Counted from the first letter of the whole stretch, positions 12,385 through 25,392 are shown. The stretch: DNA of 63,544 nucleotides, filler included, from Rhabdomonas costata (GCA_019059605.1; 47 parts of 47 records of this genome joined end to end with filler, not necessarily neighbours in it), one strand, 5' to 3'. The notes: a model not told the origin generated them from the sequence alone. Made by a program: numbers and translations.

Positions 12385-13456
12385 TGAAATTGCAGTAACG
12401 GGACCCAGAGTTCCCGCCATACGATAGTAACCCAGAGAATTTCCTGCTGTGGATATTCACGGTGGAGGAGCAAAAGATAAACCGGCGTCTTCCCGACCAG
12501 GTTGCAATCACATTTGAGGTAGGAGCAATGGTGCCGCACGCCAGAGGCACAGTGTGGGACGCTCCGACGTTTGAGACGTGGGACGCTTTTGTAGCTTACT
12601 TGAAGACTAGGTTCTGTTCGTACACTTTTGAATACAACATTTTGTGGAGACTGAATAAGCTGAGAGTTGATGGAAACGTTCAGTTTTTTGTATCTAAGTT
12701 CACACTGGGAGCCAAGCTACTGAGAGGTTGTCCTTTTGTTCATGACTTGCACTTGGGTTACCTTTTCATTCAAGTGTTGGAGACAGACATGCAGGCAGAG
12801 CTGATGAAGAAAAAGCTTTTAGTTTGCAGGAAAACGTTGACGCAGCCTGGGAGTTCCACAGGAAACCAGAGCGCCACCCAAGGTCATTGTTGTCGCGCCG
12901 CGATCAGAGACAGCGACAGCGAAACCGACCATAATGGAGCTTTATTTATTGATATTTGCCAACTCGCCGTTTGGAGGGGCGCGGTACTTTGACCATCCAA
13001 CCGCTCGAATTCAATCACAAGGTTCATAGAGTGCGGTGGTGGTCAGTGCTAGCTCAAGAGGCCTGAGTTGGATGTCGGGATGTTGGGACGCCATGACGTC
13101 AGTAACGTTGCTGGGGGCTATCGCGTCGCCGCCCAGAGGGGTGCTGTTTGTGGAGCGTGGAGACGCGCAAGCCAACGCAGTTAGTACCCCGTCACTTAGA
13201 CCCCCATCTCCAACGGCCAGAGTCTACCATAGGGGGGGAATATTTTTGAGTAGAGGAAGAGGAGGATTTACCAGAACCGTTTCACCGGTTAGAGACAGAC
13301 CAAGAGTAGGGGGTAGACCGGTGGTGTGACAGAGGTCTAACTCGCCGAGATCACAGGCGACAACAAATACCCTTAGGTTGGAAGGGAGAAGCCCGTTTGC
13401 ACAATTACCCTTGGACGACGCTGTGCAACTGGGGGCGCTGAGGTGTTTTTACTGCG
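12385..13456 (+). mobile_element. gag: Degenerate LTR-retrotransposon (Ty3/gypsy-like) gag region
   Basis: YDSNPENFLLWIFTVE...FETWDAFVAYLKTRF...LNKLRVDGNVQFFVSKF...YLFIQVLETDMQAEL fits the retrotransposon Gag capsid pattern; contig ends in LRCFYC (start of a CCHC knuckle); frameshifts present. Confidence 0.8.
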
Positions 13457-15799
13457 NNNNNNNNNNNNNNNNNNNNNNNNNNNNNNNNNNNNNNNNNNNN
13501 TTAATTAATTAANNNNNNNNNNNNNNNNNNNNNNNNNNNNNNNNNNNNNNNNNNNNTTCCAGTTGGTTTTTTCACGTAGAAACGGTTTGTACCACTTGAA
13601 AAGACCAACATGATTGTGATCTTTTCAAGTGGTACAAACCGTTTCTACGTGAAAAGATCACAATCATGTTGGTCTTTGGCATTGGAAAACGGAAAACCTT
13701 TTGTAACACTGGAGAGGGTTGTGTCCCACATTTGATCACGTAAGTGTTACAAGTACATTTAGAACTGATTCTTGTTTGTCGCTGGAAAGTGGTTTCGATT
13801 CCTTGCATTGTGGTCTTTAAGTTGACGCGGGTCATGTCTTATCCACGTCACTGTCCTGTTCGGTGTTTTTGTGGCTTGCTTGCACGGTTTCCCCTTTGCC
13901 CTTCTGCGTCCCACCCATCATTGCGATCGTCTTGATTTCGGTCTTTCGGGATGGTATGACATTCCGCGTGTTGCTTCCATTTTGGACCCCTGACAGCTCA
14001 CCGTGCGTGCAGCACTTCATTCGCACCCCCACCCCCGCCCCCGGAGGTGTGGTGTAGGTTTGTTGGGAGAGTGGTGGTTGGTGCCTCTAGATCCTGTTCG
14101 TCGCCCGACTTGCCGGGCTCTCCCTTCCTGCGGTGCAGCAAGCTGTTGTCGTGCTGGTGTCCGCTCTGGGCAGCATCGGGGCATCCCCCATCCCCTCGGT
14201 GTGTAATGCCCGCTGTCCTGCGGCTTTCGGATGTTTTCGGGTTTCGGCTCTGTTCCTTGTTGACCAATTTCCTGGAAGCCACATTTATCTTCTTGGCACA
14301 AGTATCCACATGCCCCCTCCCACACCTAAGTTCCACCTGAGCTCCACTCATCTAGGGTTAGTTCGGCGACCCACGCACGGGGGGGGGGGGGGGCGCGAAA
14401 AGAGCCTGTGCATGACCGGAGGCTGAAAGGTTGAGCCGAAAAGTACCTTTTGGACGGAAAGAGAAGCTCATCAGTAACCATAAAGTTTTTCGGTTTTCCG
14501 AATTATTGTGTTGTAGACCCACTGCTATGTGTGTTTTTGTTTACTTCACTCCCATTGGGGTCGCTTCGATGGTTGCTGGCGCTGTTGGGAAGCACATGAA
14601 CACCTTAGGTAAGCCTGCTCTGCTTTCCCTCCGCACTTTGTTATACTCTTTTAGCTGTGCTGGCTTGCTGAACCCAATGTCGTCTATGCTCGCGTGGCTG
14701 TCTATGGTGGCATAGCGTATACGTTGCGCTGTGCTCCTTTTGATTTAAGTAATTCTCTTGAGGATGGAAAGCAGAGCAGGCTTACCTAAGGTGTTCATGT
14801 GCTTCCCACCANNNNNNNNNNNNNNNNNNNNNNNNNNNNNNNNNNNNNNNNNNNNTTAATTAATTAANNNNNNNNNNNNNNNNNNNNNNNNNNNNNNNNN
14901 NNNNNNNNNNNGGTGTGTGTGGGTAGGGGTGGATGGGAGGTTAATGGATAATGTTGCGCGTTGTGGCTGGGCGCTTTGTGTTCGGTATCTTTTGAAGGCG
15001 CGAATATCCAAATGTGCTGGTTTGGGGAGTGGGTGCATCGGTGTGTAGATGCGGTGTCAGTAGGAAACCCAAGGATATACTTATTTTGTGAAAGTATCTT
15101 GGATCTTGGGCTACTACGCTGCGCAACGCGGCCCAAGACATCCTGGAGAACATGAAAAACACCTGTTCATCGCTAGAGACACTTGCATCACGACCTATCT
15201 AGATTTTTCAGCCCTGACCTCCGAATCTTCAACAGTCGTCGGGAGTCTTCACCGGAAATGGAGGAGGATGGGGAGGGACATAGGACCTTCTGCCCGAAAC
15301 TGTCAGTTTTTGTGAGATTCTGCCCATGTTCCGCCCAGTGTGAGTCCGGGTTGGTTCGCTGGACATACAGTCATGGTCACTCTGGACCCACTGGCGACCT
15401 AAGATGCACTTCAAATCTCGAGCGAATGTGGTGGGTGGAACTTAATCTTCCCGGAATGGGTGGGAATGCTGCGAACTGCCGCTCACAAAGGACTTTTATG
15501 GTGTCTCTTTGATTTTAATGGGGTTTTTTTTGCTCCTGGCCCTTTTTCCGACGTGAAGCGAAAAAAATTTTAAAATATGCCTGACCAAAGGTTCCCAAGT
15601 CCGAGGTCTTTTGGATGAAAGGCTGCTTTACAGGCAATGGCAGAACGGAACAGCAGAAGGGGAAGGGCACAAACTCAGCTTGAGGAGGCGGGAAGCCCTG
15701 CGGTTGTCTGTCTTGTCTCAGCCATCCCTCTGTTCTGGGGACGCGTGCTATTCGTCGCCTACCAGTGTGCTGTCGCTCCCTCTCTCGGGTGTTCTTTAG

Positions 15800-15964
15800 A
15801 TTGAGGATCGTCTTCTGGCCACACTCTCCTCTGTCGCTTCCAAACTGATGCAGCCCCCGTCCTCAGGAACCCCAGAGACGGACCCCCGGCTGGTTCCCGA
15901 CGAGATCAAGCGCCTGAAGCGCGTCGTGGCGAAGCTCCAGGAGAGGTCGGTCCAGGACGAGTGA
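15800..15964 (+). CDS. Exon of unknown protein with short coiled coil
   Basis: TTTAG acceptor then IEDRLLATLSSVASKLMQPP...DEIKRLKRVVAKLQERSVQDE. Confidence 0.45.
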   Translation: MEDRLLATLSSVASKLMQPPSSGTPETDPRLVPDEIKRLKRVVAKLQERSVQDE

Positions 15965-16267
15965 CGAGTGAGTGGTGGGGTTGGGGGACATTTAACGCCC
16001 TTTAACCTTTACACTTCACAATCGGAGACGAATCCCGCGTGCGATGTGTGAGGTTCAGGTTGGTTGCTGTCTTTTTCTCGTTTAATGAGTAATGTGATAG
16101 ATTTGGTGGGGGGCTGCATCAGTTTGGAAGCGACAGAGGAGAGTGTGGCCAGAAGACGATCACCAANNNNNNNNNNNNNNNNNNNNNNNNNNNNNNNNNN
16201 NNNNNNNNNNTTAATTAATTAANNNNNNNNNNNNNNNNNNNNNNNNNNNNNNNNNNNNNNNNNNNNG

Positions 16268-16417
16268 GTGGTGGTGATGCTCCTTCGACGCGGTGCGAAT
16301 GCCGAGGCGAAGCACCGAGATGGCCTCACGGCACTGGAGTGGTCCCGCCGCAAAGGCCACGGTGCGGTGGAGAAGGCTCTGCAGAGCTTTGTGGACCCAA
16401 GCATAACGCTGTCCTAA
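16268..16417 (+). CDS. Ankyrin-repeat protein, terminal coding fragment
   Basis: VVVMLLRRGANAEAKHRDGLTALEWSRRKGHGAVEKALQSFVDPSITLS* fits the ankyrin consensus. Confidence 0.8.
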   Translation: MVVMLLRRGANAEAKHRDGLTALEWSRRKGHGAVEKALQSFVDPSITLS

Positions 16418-16891
16418 AAAATGCAATACTTGCATATGCGCACCAGCGGAGAATGAGAGGGGAGGGGGAGAGCATCCGACCGATTTTGGTACCGAGGTAT
16501 TGCGATTAAACTTGGACACATCTTTGGAAACGATGCTCATTTTCTCTCTTTGGATTGACATTGGGTAGGAGGTTACGCTATCAAGCCCTGCAAGTTGACT
16601 GTTTTTTGTATAATTGTTGGTCCAGTTTGGTGATTTGTGGTTACATACTGCTTCCAAGTTGACTGGACCTGACCTTGGTTATCTGAGAAGTTGCCATCAC
16701 ACAGAAATTGCGTATCTACACTCCTGTTGTCTGTATCTGGATTTAAACAAGGTGTAAGTGCACCCTACATACGGTTGGTTTTGTTGTAGATTCACTTCTG
16801 TCTCATTGTGTTGCCTCCAGTGCTTTCGGCTGTCATCGGTGTCTGTGCTAGTGTCGTGAGTGCCCTGCTGTCGTGATGGGTTTTTTCACGA

Positions 16892-16968
16892 GCAAGCAAG
16901 CAAGCAAACAAACAAAAAACAAACAAAAAACAAACACGAACGAACAAACGAATGTACGAACGAACGAC
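16892..16968 (+). repeat. Compound tetranucleotide microsatellite (GCAA/ACAA/CGAA)
   Basis: GCAAGCAAGCAAGCAAACAAACAAAAAACAAAC...ACGAACGAAC. Confidence 0.8.
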
Positions 16969-17865
16969 GCTGGTTCCCGAAAGTGTAGGCTGGTTCTTTT
17001 ACCCCGTTGCGGTGCCTTCACAACGTGTTGCGGATATATGGTGCGCAGCGCAAGGCCTGCTCTGAGACGGGCGTCCCTGTCTCAATAGTCGATTTTGCCA
17101 TCCCGTGTTTGACCGTTCCGATATGCCGCTGGTCGCCTGGTGATGTGCTTCTTTCCAAGACGGTCCGTTTCCAGGTCAATCTTGATTTGACCTGACTAAC
17201 TCTCACAGCTTCGATAAGGCCGTTTAGTCCGACGGTCTTTCTCGTAAGCTGTCCTTGCCCCCCTGCCTATCACGCCTTCCAACGCCTAATTTTTGACTCT
17301 CTACCCTTCGAATCGTATTTCATCGTATCCTTCCCCTTGCGCGGCCAAAATTGATCACTGACGAAAATGCATCCCATTCCTACGTAGGAAAATCGTGGGA
17401 CGCGTAATACGGAAACGTTTACAAACAGTAACGCATGAATCTAATGTATCCGTCCGCTTCTACCTACTTTAACAAAACGACGTTTTCAATCAATCTGGTT
17501 GTGCAGACGTGTCACGAACTGNNNNNNNNNNNNNNNNNNNNNNNNNNNNNNNNNNNNNNNNNNNNTTAATTAATTAANNNNNNNNNNNNNNNNNNNNNNN
17601 NNNNNNNNNNNNNNNNNNNNNGGTTTTGTTTAAATAGATGGCATTGCTGACTTTCAGTGTGGCCTTTTAAGACCACTGTGGTTTTGCGTTGTCTTCCAAT
17701 TATTTGGTATTGAATGGGTGCCTGGAAGTTGGATTAATTCTGTGATTTGATCTTTGTTGTCCTCTGAGCTCCATTGAGGTCATTTAAAGTCGAAGCTGAG
17801 ATGCAAACTTTTTCTGCTACAATCTTCGCTTTAGCGTTATTACTCGCTGAAGAATGCTCACCCAG

Positions 17866-18108
17866 GCGCCTCCGGTCATTGTTGTATCTCGCTACCCATT
17901 GTACACCATGCTGATGGCCTGCTACTTCCTCCTCTTCCCTGTACTGTTCCTGGCCATTCACCTGTGCACATGGTGGTTTACGCCTTTCCAGGTCCGCAAA
18001 TTCTACTGTGAGACAGTGCGAAAGCTGAGGCCTCAGTTTCAGCCTTCGGCGGCTGCAGTGCGGCCGAAGCCTGCTGAGCCCCCGCGGCCACCCTCATCCG
18101 CAAAGTAG
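17866..18108 (+). CDS. Terminal exon of a membrane protein
   Basis: CAG acceptor; hydrophobic LYTMLMACYFLLFPVLFLAIHLCTWWF then Pro-rich tail and TAG. Confidence 0.55.
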   Translation, partial: APPVIVVSRYPLYTMLMACYFLLFPVLFLAIHLCTWWFTPFQVRKFYCETVRKLRPQFQPSAAAVRPKPAEPPRPPSSAK

Positions 18109-18968
18109 ATCATGTTTGACTGTCTTTGTCATTTCCTTGCACTTGCTCTGTGAACTTGTGGCTCGTGGCTGCTTTGTGGTCCTTGCCATTTTCCCCCAGA
18201 TGTGTGGGTCCTGGATGTGGGTCCGCTCCAGTATCGTATCCGAACAGCACCTCCGCGGATTTGAGGGAGGTGGTGTAACAAACAAACAATAACCAACCTG
18301 AATTATTCCCCGGACCCGGTTTGGGCCTTTCTCGCTGTCAAACTAGATCATTTTTCCTGACGCGTTCTGGAAACTTAATATATCCTCGTGATTCCTGATC
18401 TGTGATTAACGTCATGGTGCTGAAGTCGCGGGGCCAACGGGGATTGGACAACCAATTGATGGGTTCTTGGAACAAAAACGGACGAACGGGGTCGGCCGCA
18501 CGGGCTGAGGCGTGGGCCCGCGAAAAACGAACAACACCCACCCACCCACACACACCCACACCCACTGACCACTGGGAGGGAAACTGGGAAAACACGCCTG
18601 CGCAAGTGCAAGGGTTCTGGAACAGGGGTACAGCGTACCAAAGAGAGTTTTTGCGCGCATCTGCCCCTCCGCGGGCTTCCGGGTTCAAAATGCTTAGCCC
18701 ACCAAAAGACCCGATCTCATCCCAACAGGTTTGCTTTGCTGGAAGGGCCTGGACCCAAAGGGCCCATCTTCCACGCCTTGTATCCGCCGTGTACCCCTTC
18801 AGCGCCTGAAACCTTTCACGGACGGAGTGCCGACCGGACGCCTGCTCCGGCTTGAAACCCACCAAAACNNNNNNNNNNNNNNNNNNNNNNNNNNNNNNNN
18901 NNNNNNNNNNNNTTAATTAATTAANNNNNNNNNNNNNNNNNNNNNNNNNNNNNNNNNNNNNNNNNNNN

Positions 18969-19980
18969 GTTGTGTGTGTGTGTACAACAAGAACATGCCA
19001 TCGGCCTTGGGCATCTTCTTCCACAAGCTGTTCAAGGCACCCACCACACTCTCGTCCCATCGGATACGCCTGGGAGAAATGTGCGTAAGGGAAGCGAGTG
19101 ACAAAAAGCGCCAAAACAAAGCGCAACCTCAAGGAAGAACGCAAACCAAAAAACCCAACGCGTAGTGGAAAACACCACTGTTCCCACCCCCCTCCCTTCC
19201 ACCCGTCCTCTTCTCCTCTTTGGGAAGTGTAGCAGAAGTGAAAGGTCTTCTCGGTATGTTCAAAAGCGCAGCCCGTCAGATGAAAGAATGCGCCGTACTT
19301 GCGGTGCTGGAGGGCGAGCTCGCTCTGGAGGTTGGTGTTTCCCTGGACCAGTGGGTTGACCTCCCCCCGAAGCTCTGGAGAAAGCTCTGTGATGACCAGC
19401 TTGCTGTCGGGGGTTGGCGCAAGGGCGGAGAGATCTTCCGAAAAGGTCTGCCGAAGCCGAACATACCTGTGACCGTACAAAAGGAAAGGGCAAGGTGGAT
19501 GAAAAGGGCAGTCCCAGAGGGGATGGAATTCATGCTGCAAGACCCGCACCAACAGTGGGGATGAGCAAATCTGTCACACTGGAAAGGACACCACCTCAGA
19601 CACAGATCTTCGACCCACTCCAGTGCTGCTACCAGATGGGCCTTTGCAACTCGTAAAGATCGAGAATCGATCAAAACAAGCAAAAAAAAAAACTCTCACC
19701 GCAGCAGTCAACATGAGCCCCACACAGCCGCTCGCGAAACCAGAAGAGCCCCTCATCAACAAAGGACGGAAAATGATGCCGCCTTGTCTGTGTATAGTGG
19801 AAGGAAGGAGGAATGCAACAGATGCGCCTGGGGTGACCTGGACAGTCGCTCCTCGGGGACCCCTCGGCTGAGCCAGAACTTCACCTCCGCTTCCACGGAG
19901 GAGGAAGCTGGCGGCCCGCTTTGCGAACTACTAGAGGGCTCATTCATTGCAAGAAGGGCAAGAAACACATGAAACCAAGA
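18969..19980 (-). CDS. Multi-exon gene fragment, unknown product
   Basis: Several GT-AG-bounded open segments (VKFWLSRGVPEERLS; VAKAHLVAALEWVEDL; RYVRLRQTFSEDL...HFCYTSQRGEEDG; IRWDESVVGALNSLWKKMPKAD); boundaries approximate. Confidence 0.45.
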
Positions 19981-21184
19981 AACCTCAACACCAAACTTGC
20001 TGAGGAAACAGGCAAGCCAGGGAATGGCACGGGACATCGAAGCAGTTTCCGGGAGGGTCTTGTCCTGGAAAAGCCTATGAAGTTAGAAGGATGACAAAAA
20101 GCCTTTCAGTGTCAGTCCACAATTCCAGAATATCGAGGAGAATAAGAAACTTCTTTCCAACCACTTTCAATCATTAATCATAAGCATGTTTCCTACATCA
20201 ATTTGGATCCAAACCCCAAAACCNNNNNNNNNNNNNNNNNNNNNNNNNNNNNNNNNNNNNNNNNNNNTTAATTAATTAANNNNNNNNNNNNNNNNNNNNN
20301 NNNNNNNNNNNNNNNNNNNNNNNTATTCAGCGGGGCGTTGGCCTTGAGAAGCTCCACCAAGGAGGCCAGGGAGCGCACCTCACACGCGACCTGGACGGCA
20401 CCGGCACCCGTCTCAGGGTCCGTGGCTTGCACCCCGGCGAGGTACAATTTAACCTGAGGTTCACACAAACAGACAGAACTAACCCAAAACAACTAAACTA
20501 AAATAAACATTAGACAGCCTTGATCTGTAAGGGCCCCGCCACCCCTCCCTCCCCGATGCTCACCCGCTTTTGGCGTAGACGTACAGTGTCTTGTCGATCT
20601 CTGTTGTGGGTTTTTGTTTGACTTCCTTCCTCCGCTCCCGATCCCCACATTCGCCTGTTTGCTTTCTTCACAGGTTCCATCCCTGCGACTGGTTCCACCC
20701 AACCCTTTGTATTACCCACGTGCCATACTCTGCGTCCCTTTCCATCCCGTCCTCTCACACGCATGTTGTCCTTCTCCTCCAACTTCTCATCCCCCTACAG
20801 CCATTCCATTTCTGTCACCCTCACATTCCTATCCTGTTTCAGTCTTTGCATTTACATTAATTTTGTGCTTTATCGTCTTTGTTTCTTATGTGCTTAGTTC
20901 ACCCCTGCTATCTCTTTCTCGCGTTCCTTCCTGTAAATTGCTTTTTTTGTGTTGCACTCTTCCCGAACTTTTGTGCCTGTGCCGCAGTGCCGTGAGTTGC
21001 TGTTACATTAAGTCATCATTAAAAGGTCCAAAATGGGACCTTGAAGGGGCCATATCTCGGCGTAGAGAAGGACTCCGAGGCCGGGAAGCGGCCAACCAAC
21101 TCATCTCAGGAGTACTGACAATACCACCAAATATGATCACCAACCACTCACCCTAGCTCGAGTTCTGAGGTCAATGTTAGGTCT

Positions 21185-21232
21185 CCGGTTCGGTCCGGTC
21201 CGCTCCGGTTCGGTCCGGTTCCGTCCGGTCCG
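21185..21232 (+). repeat. Pentanucleotide repeat (CCGGT/TCGGT variants), about 9 units
   Basis: CCGGTTCGGTCCGGTCCGCTCCGGTTCGGTCCGGTTCCGTCCGGTCCG. Confidence 0.85.
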
Positions 21233-22420
21233 AGAGTGACCATGGCTTCAGACGCAATTGTCTGCCGCCAATCTCGACCTTGAGGCGAAGTTCGCCGCCC
21301 TCACCCTTTCTCCGCAGGTTCCTCCCACTCTTCCCGACACCATCTCCTCCGCCGCCCTGGAGCTTCTTCTTGCCACCACCAGGACCAGGACCGCCTTTGT
21401 GCGAAGGTCCTGCAGTTCGATCAGTCCCTCGCTCCCGATGTCGACGGCAGCCTTTTGCAGTCCGTCTACACCGAGCTTTTGGGCAGGATTGCTGACACTG
21501 CAAAGGCGGTTTCCGATGCCCCCTCCACTTCCGTTCTCCCATCCTCTTCACTACTCTCCTCATTCCCCCCCCAACAANNNNNNNNNNNNNNNNNNNNNNN
21601 NNNNNNNNNNNNNNNNNNNNNTTAATTAATTAANNNNNNNNNNNNNNNNNNNNNNNNNNNNNNNNNNNNNNNNNNNNTGTTGTGGTGATAAATGACTGCC
21701 ATTGGGGTGCTATGCAACAACTTAACTTTGTAGTTAACACTGTCAGACATCAAAAGTTAAGTTGTTGCATAGCACCCCAATGGCAGTCATTTATCACTTT
21801 CGAACTTTTCCAGGAACATCTCAACATATAAGCCTGGTGCAGAAAGCTAGAATTGACTAGGTGAAAAATGCTGGTGTTGGTGCATTCGGCCCCACAACCT
21901 TTCCAAGTCTGGAAATAAAACAAGCAGGACCTTTCGAAAAGCATTACTTGCCTCGCCTTTCGTTCAAATTTTTTCCATGACCATCCCTCATGGCAATCCA
22001 CTCCAGCCGCGCCACGGAGTGGCCTTCCTTTTTCTCATTCACATTACGTCGGAGCTGGATGCCATGCCACATAGAAGGCTTGCCCCTCGTTATAGCAAGG
22101 ATGGACTTGACCCTTCCGGAGGTCACATGACAAAAAAATTCGTCATAAACATAACTCTCCCTCGAAAAATGCATCTGTCACAATCGCAAAATAAATTTCG
22201 ATCGAAGGATCAAGCTTACCCACCCACACGCAAAAGCGTAATGTCATCAAACCCTGCTACGTGCGCCACAAGCCCTGATCTAAAATTCCAAGAAACTCAC
22301 CTTATCCACAAATTTATCCCCGCTTCAAAAGCCTCATAACCCCAGAACAAGAGGAACTCTCCCTCTGATCGCATTTGGTTTGTGGTCCTGCAGTGTCTGA
22401 AACCAACGATCAGACACACC

Positions 22421-22700
22421 CGCACCTGCAGCGACCACCCTGTCCCCTGGCGGAGGCAGAGGTGGCTCTTCGGGAGCGGCCGGTCCCGCTTCGATCCACC
22501 TCTGTATTGGATTCTCCAATCCCTTGCGAATATGGTCTGCTTTGAACCCCAGCAGGGCCAGACTCTGACCTTCCATCGAGAGCTGCGCGTGCAAGTCCTG
22601 TAGGCGACTATGCGCCCGATCGATCTCATCAGGGTTGGTCAGAACCTCCAGTGTGGCGCTGACTTCTGCAGCCTCATCGGTGAGAAATTGCTCTGTGATC
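22421..22700 (-). CDS. Internal exon, unknown protein
   Basis: TTTTTCTCAG acceptor; open frame ITEQFLTDEAAEVSATLEVLTNPDEIDRAHSRLQDLHAQL...; donor position approximate. Confidence 0.55.
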
Positions 22701-23092
22701 CTGAGAAAAAGGAGGAGCAACCCTTCTGTAAGTCCTTCTCAACAAATACCTAAATCTTTCTTGAAAAAACCGGCACACTCGGCTAGTATGAAAGAACACG
22801 ACATCATTTGACCAAAGCCGACAACTGGGCTAACACAGTGTTATCCGAGGACAAAATTCGTATCTCCCTTCTGGTATTTGTTGAGAAGGACTTACAGAAG
22901 GGTTGCTCCTCCTTTTTCTCAGGATCACACANNNNNNNNNNNNNNNNNNNNNNNNNNNNNNNNNNNNNNNNNNNNTTAATTAATTAANNNNNNNNNNNNN
23001 NNNNNNNNNNNNNNNNNNNNNNNNNNNNNNNTGTTTTTGGGGGGGGGGGTGGTGGAGGAGAGGAGGAGAGTGCGCAAAGAAGAAAAGGGCAC

Positions 23093-23633
23093 CTAAACTG
23101 GGAGATTGCGGTGATTCTCCTGGGGGACTCTACCGTGGCAGGGAGGGTGCCCAGCCCGAGCTGGCCCTGGGTTCCCTGGCCCCAGCTGAAGGCCTTCCCG
23201 GAGACCGTCACTGCCACCGCATGGCTGTCGCCCACCGCGAGGTCTACCACCTGCAAGCCGGGCCAATAGAGAGACGAGGCGACCGGCATTGGATCGCTCT
23301 CCAAACTAAACTTTCGTAAGCTTTTGGTGCTGTTTTTGGAATTCTAGGGTAGCATCAACCGAAAAGGGGGACTCTGACCTGCTCCCCGCCAAAGCACGAG
23401 GCTGGGATGGGCCGGAGCTGCCCCACGGCCTCCAGCCCGGCACAGCTGTACACGGTGCCGTCCCGGAGCAGTACCAGAAGCCCAAACTTCCCACAGGCCA
23501 CGTGCCGCAGCTCCGCCGCGAGGTGCTGCAGCTCGTCCAGGAAGACCAGAGGGGCAGTCAGGGTGCCCCCACCCAGCCGGCACACAACTCGGATAACCTC
23601 CCCGGGGGTGCTGGGGACGGACGAGGTTGCCAT
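23093..23633 (-). CDS. RCC1-repeat protein, 5' exons 23633-23379 and 23250-23093
   Basis: LRHVACGKFGLLVLLRDGTVYSC...FGGEQ|VVDLAVGDSHAVAVTVSGKAFSWGQGTQGQLGLG...ESPRRI; phase-0 GT-AG intron. Confidence 0.88.
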
Positions 23634-25246
23634 GACGCTTACAAAGCCGGACGAAAAACTGCCTCTGCCAGAGAGAGAGAGAACAACAGCGGAGCGACGA
23701 CACAGGAGCAGAAGCCTGCAGCGTGAGACCCAAACCAAATGGCAATCCAGCCCTGAAGAACGCACAGACGATCTCGGGTACGTCTCGATATTCAGCATAA
23801 TGATGCAAAATTCGGTTGACATCTTAAGATCTACTTCACACCTCACTTTCAGCCACAAGGTATTTCAGTCACTGAAAACAATGTACGACGGTTTTCCACG
23901 AAAGAGAGAGAGAGGGGGGGTTGGTTGCTAACGGTAACAAAATGTCTCCTTAAGGACCATATGACTGTAACTCCGTCACAACAGGTTCCCGTTCCCGCCC
24001 ACGTTTCCTTGGGATGGCCTCACCCGGGCTAGCATCCGCCCGAACTAAACATTCCCCACTGTTGCACCAAAGCCCCGCAAACAGTCTGCGAAGTGAGCAT
24101 TATTTGAGGGACGCTAGTCTCACCCTCGGCCAAATCGAAACAACGCACCCCTGAGTGACCCGGTAACATTTCAAAAATCCTTTGGAGGGGTCACCAGACC
24201 CTCAGCTAATGGCTTTAGCGTCCTTCCTAAGGCTTGCCGTCTCACCGCAACAAGCGCCTTTCGTTCCACTTGATGGAAACCAACANNNNNNNNNNNNNNN
24301 NNNNNNNNNNNNNNNNNNNNNNNNNNNNNTTAATTAATTAANNNNNNNNNNNNNNNNNNNNNNNNNNNNNNNNNNNNNNNNNNNNGGGGGGTAAAGCTTT
24401 TGTTTTTGGGTATTGCCCCCCCCCATCTCCAGACGATTCACATACTTGACAATCGACTTTATAGGGGTGTGGGATCACTCCCACCTCGCTAATCCTGGTG
24501 GTCATTGAACTACTAAACTTTAGACGATGGACAGATGATTTCGCTTGGGGAATCGTGCACATATGCTGGGACAGCGGCCCTTTCCTTGCCACTTGGCACT
24601 CTTCCTGCTCCCCCAAGTGCAAGCCCGGTGCATGTATCTCTCGGGAATGCCTCTGAGCTGGCCACGGCCGCGGAGGCAATGTCAGCAAAGCTTAATGGCC
24701 GAGACGAGGAGAAGGGGCTGCGCCGGCCTTCGAAGTGCAGGTTCGATGGTTGGCTGGGTGGGTTGGGGGATTGACACCAAGTTTTCCACGTGCTTTTTTA
24801 AGCTTTGGTTTTGTCGCGCGTTGTTGCAACCCGAAAGCACATTGCTTCTATATTTATTATGACGGGAAAAAGGAGGAATGGGCTCATGACTGTCAGGATC
24901 ATCAACTCTGTTCTAGTCGGGGTTTCCTCCACACGGGAATACATATGTTTGGTAAAAGGATATAGATGAAGCCATCGTAACTCAGTGCTCAAAAGCGCCT
25001 CGTTGCAATTCTTGTGAGCAGAGCTTTTTCATGTGTTTTGAGGCGTCACAGTTGCCTCTGTCGTTCCGCCATTTGCAAACGTTTTTCCGATGTGCCTGTG
25101 CACTCTTGCTCTCTTGACACGGCACTGACCGTACTAAGAATGCGAATCTGTGCTCCGCGAAAATGATTTGGGACGGGGCTTTTCTCCTCTAGGTATGGGC
25201 TGAATGAGAGTGCGGGTATTTCTCTTCATATTGGCGCGTCCCGCAG

Positions 25247-25392
25247 ATGGAAGACCTACACCGGGGACGACCTGGACGAACTTTTGCCGCAGCTGCAGAA
25301 GCATTACAATATGTCCATGCTGCTCGACCCCCATTTCTGGGAGAGTGCCTCCGTGGTGCCTCTGCGCGTGAACAGCCGTTACACACCAACCG
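25247..25392 (+). CDS. Internal exon, unknown protein
   Basis: CGCAG acceptor, GTGAG donor; WKTYTGDDLDELLPQLQKHYNMSMLLDPHFWESASVVPLRVNSRYTPT. Confidence 0.5.

Noticed and set aside
13569-13677. Nested overlapping inverted repeats
   Set aside because: At contig start; consistent with a double template switch during amplification.
14587-14808. About 42-bp inverted repeat resembling MITE TIRs
   Set aside because: Right arm ends at the contig end in primer-like bases; no TSD.
15807-16162. About 52-bp inverted copy of exon sequence
   Set aside because: Perfect copy of coding DNA at the contig end; fold-back chimera.
21685-22929. Inverted repeats at both ends of one contig (21685-21797; 22694-22750 / 22873-22929)
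   Set aside because: Each is a local terminal fold-back, and the two ends are unrelated to each other.
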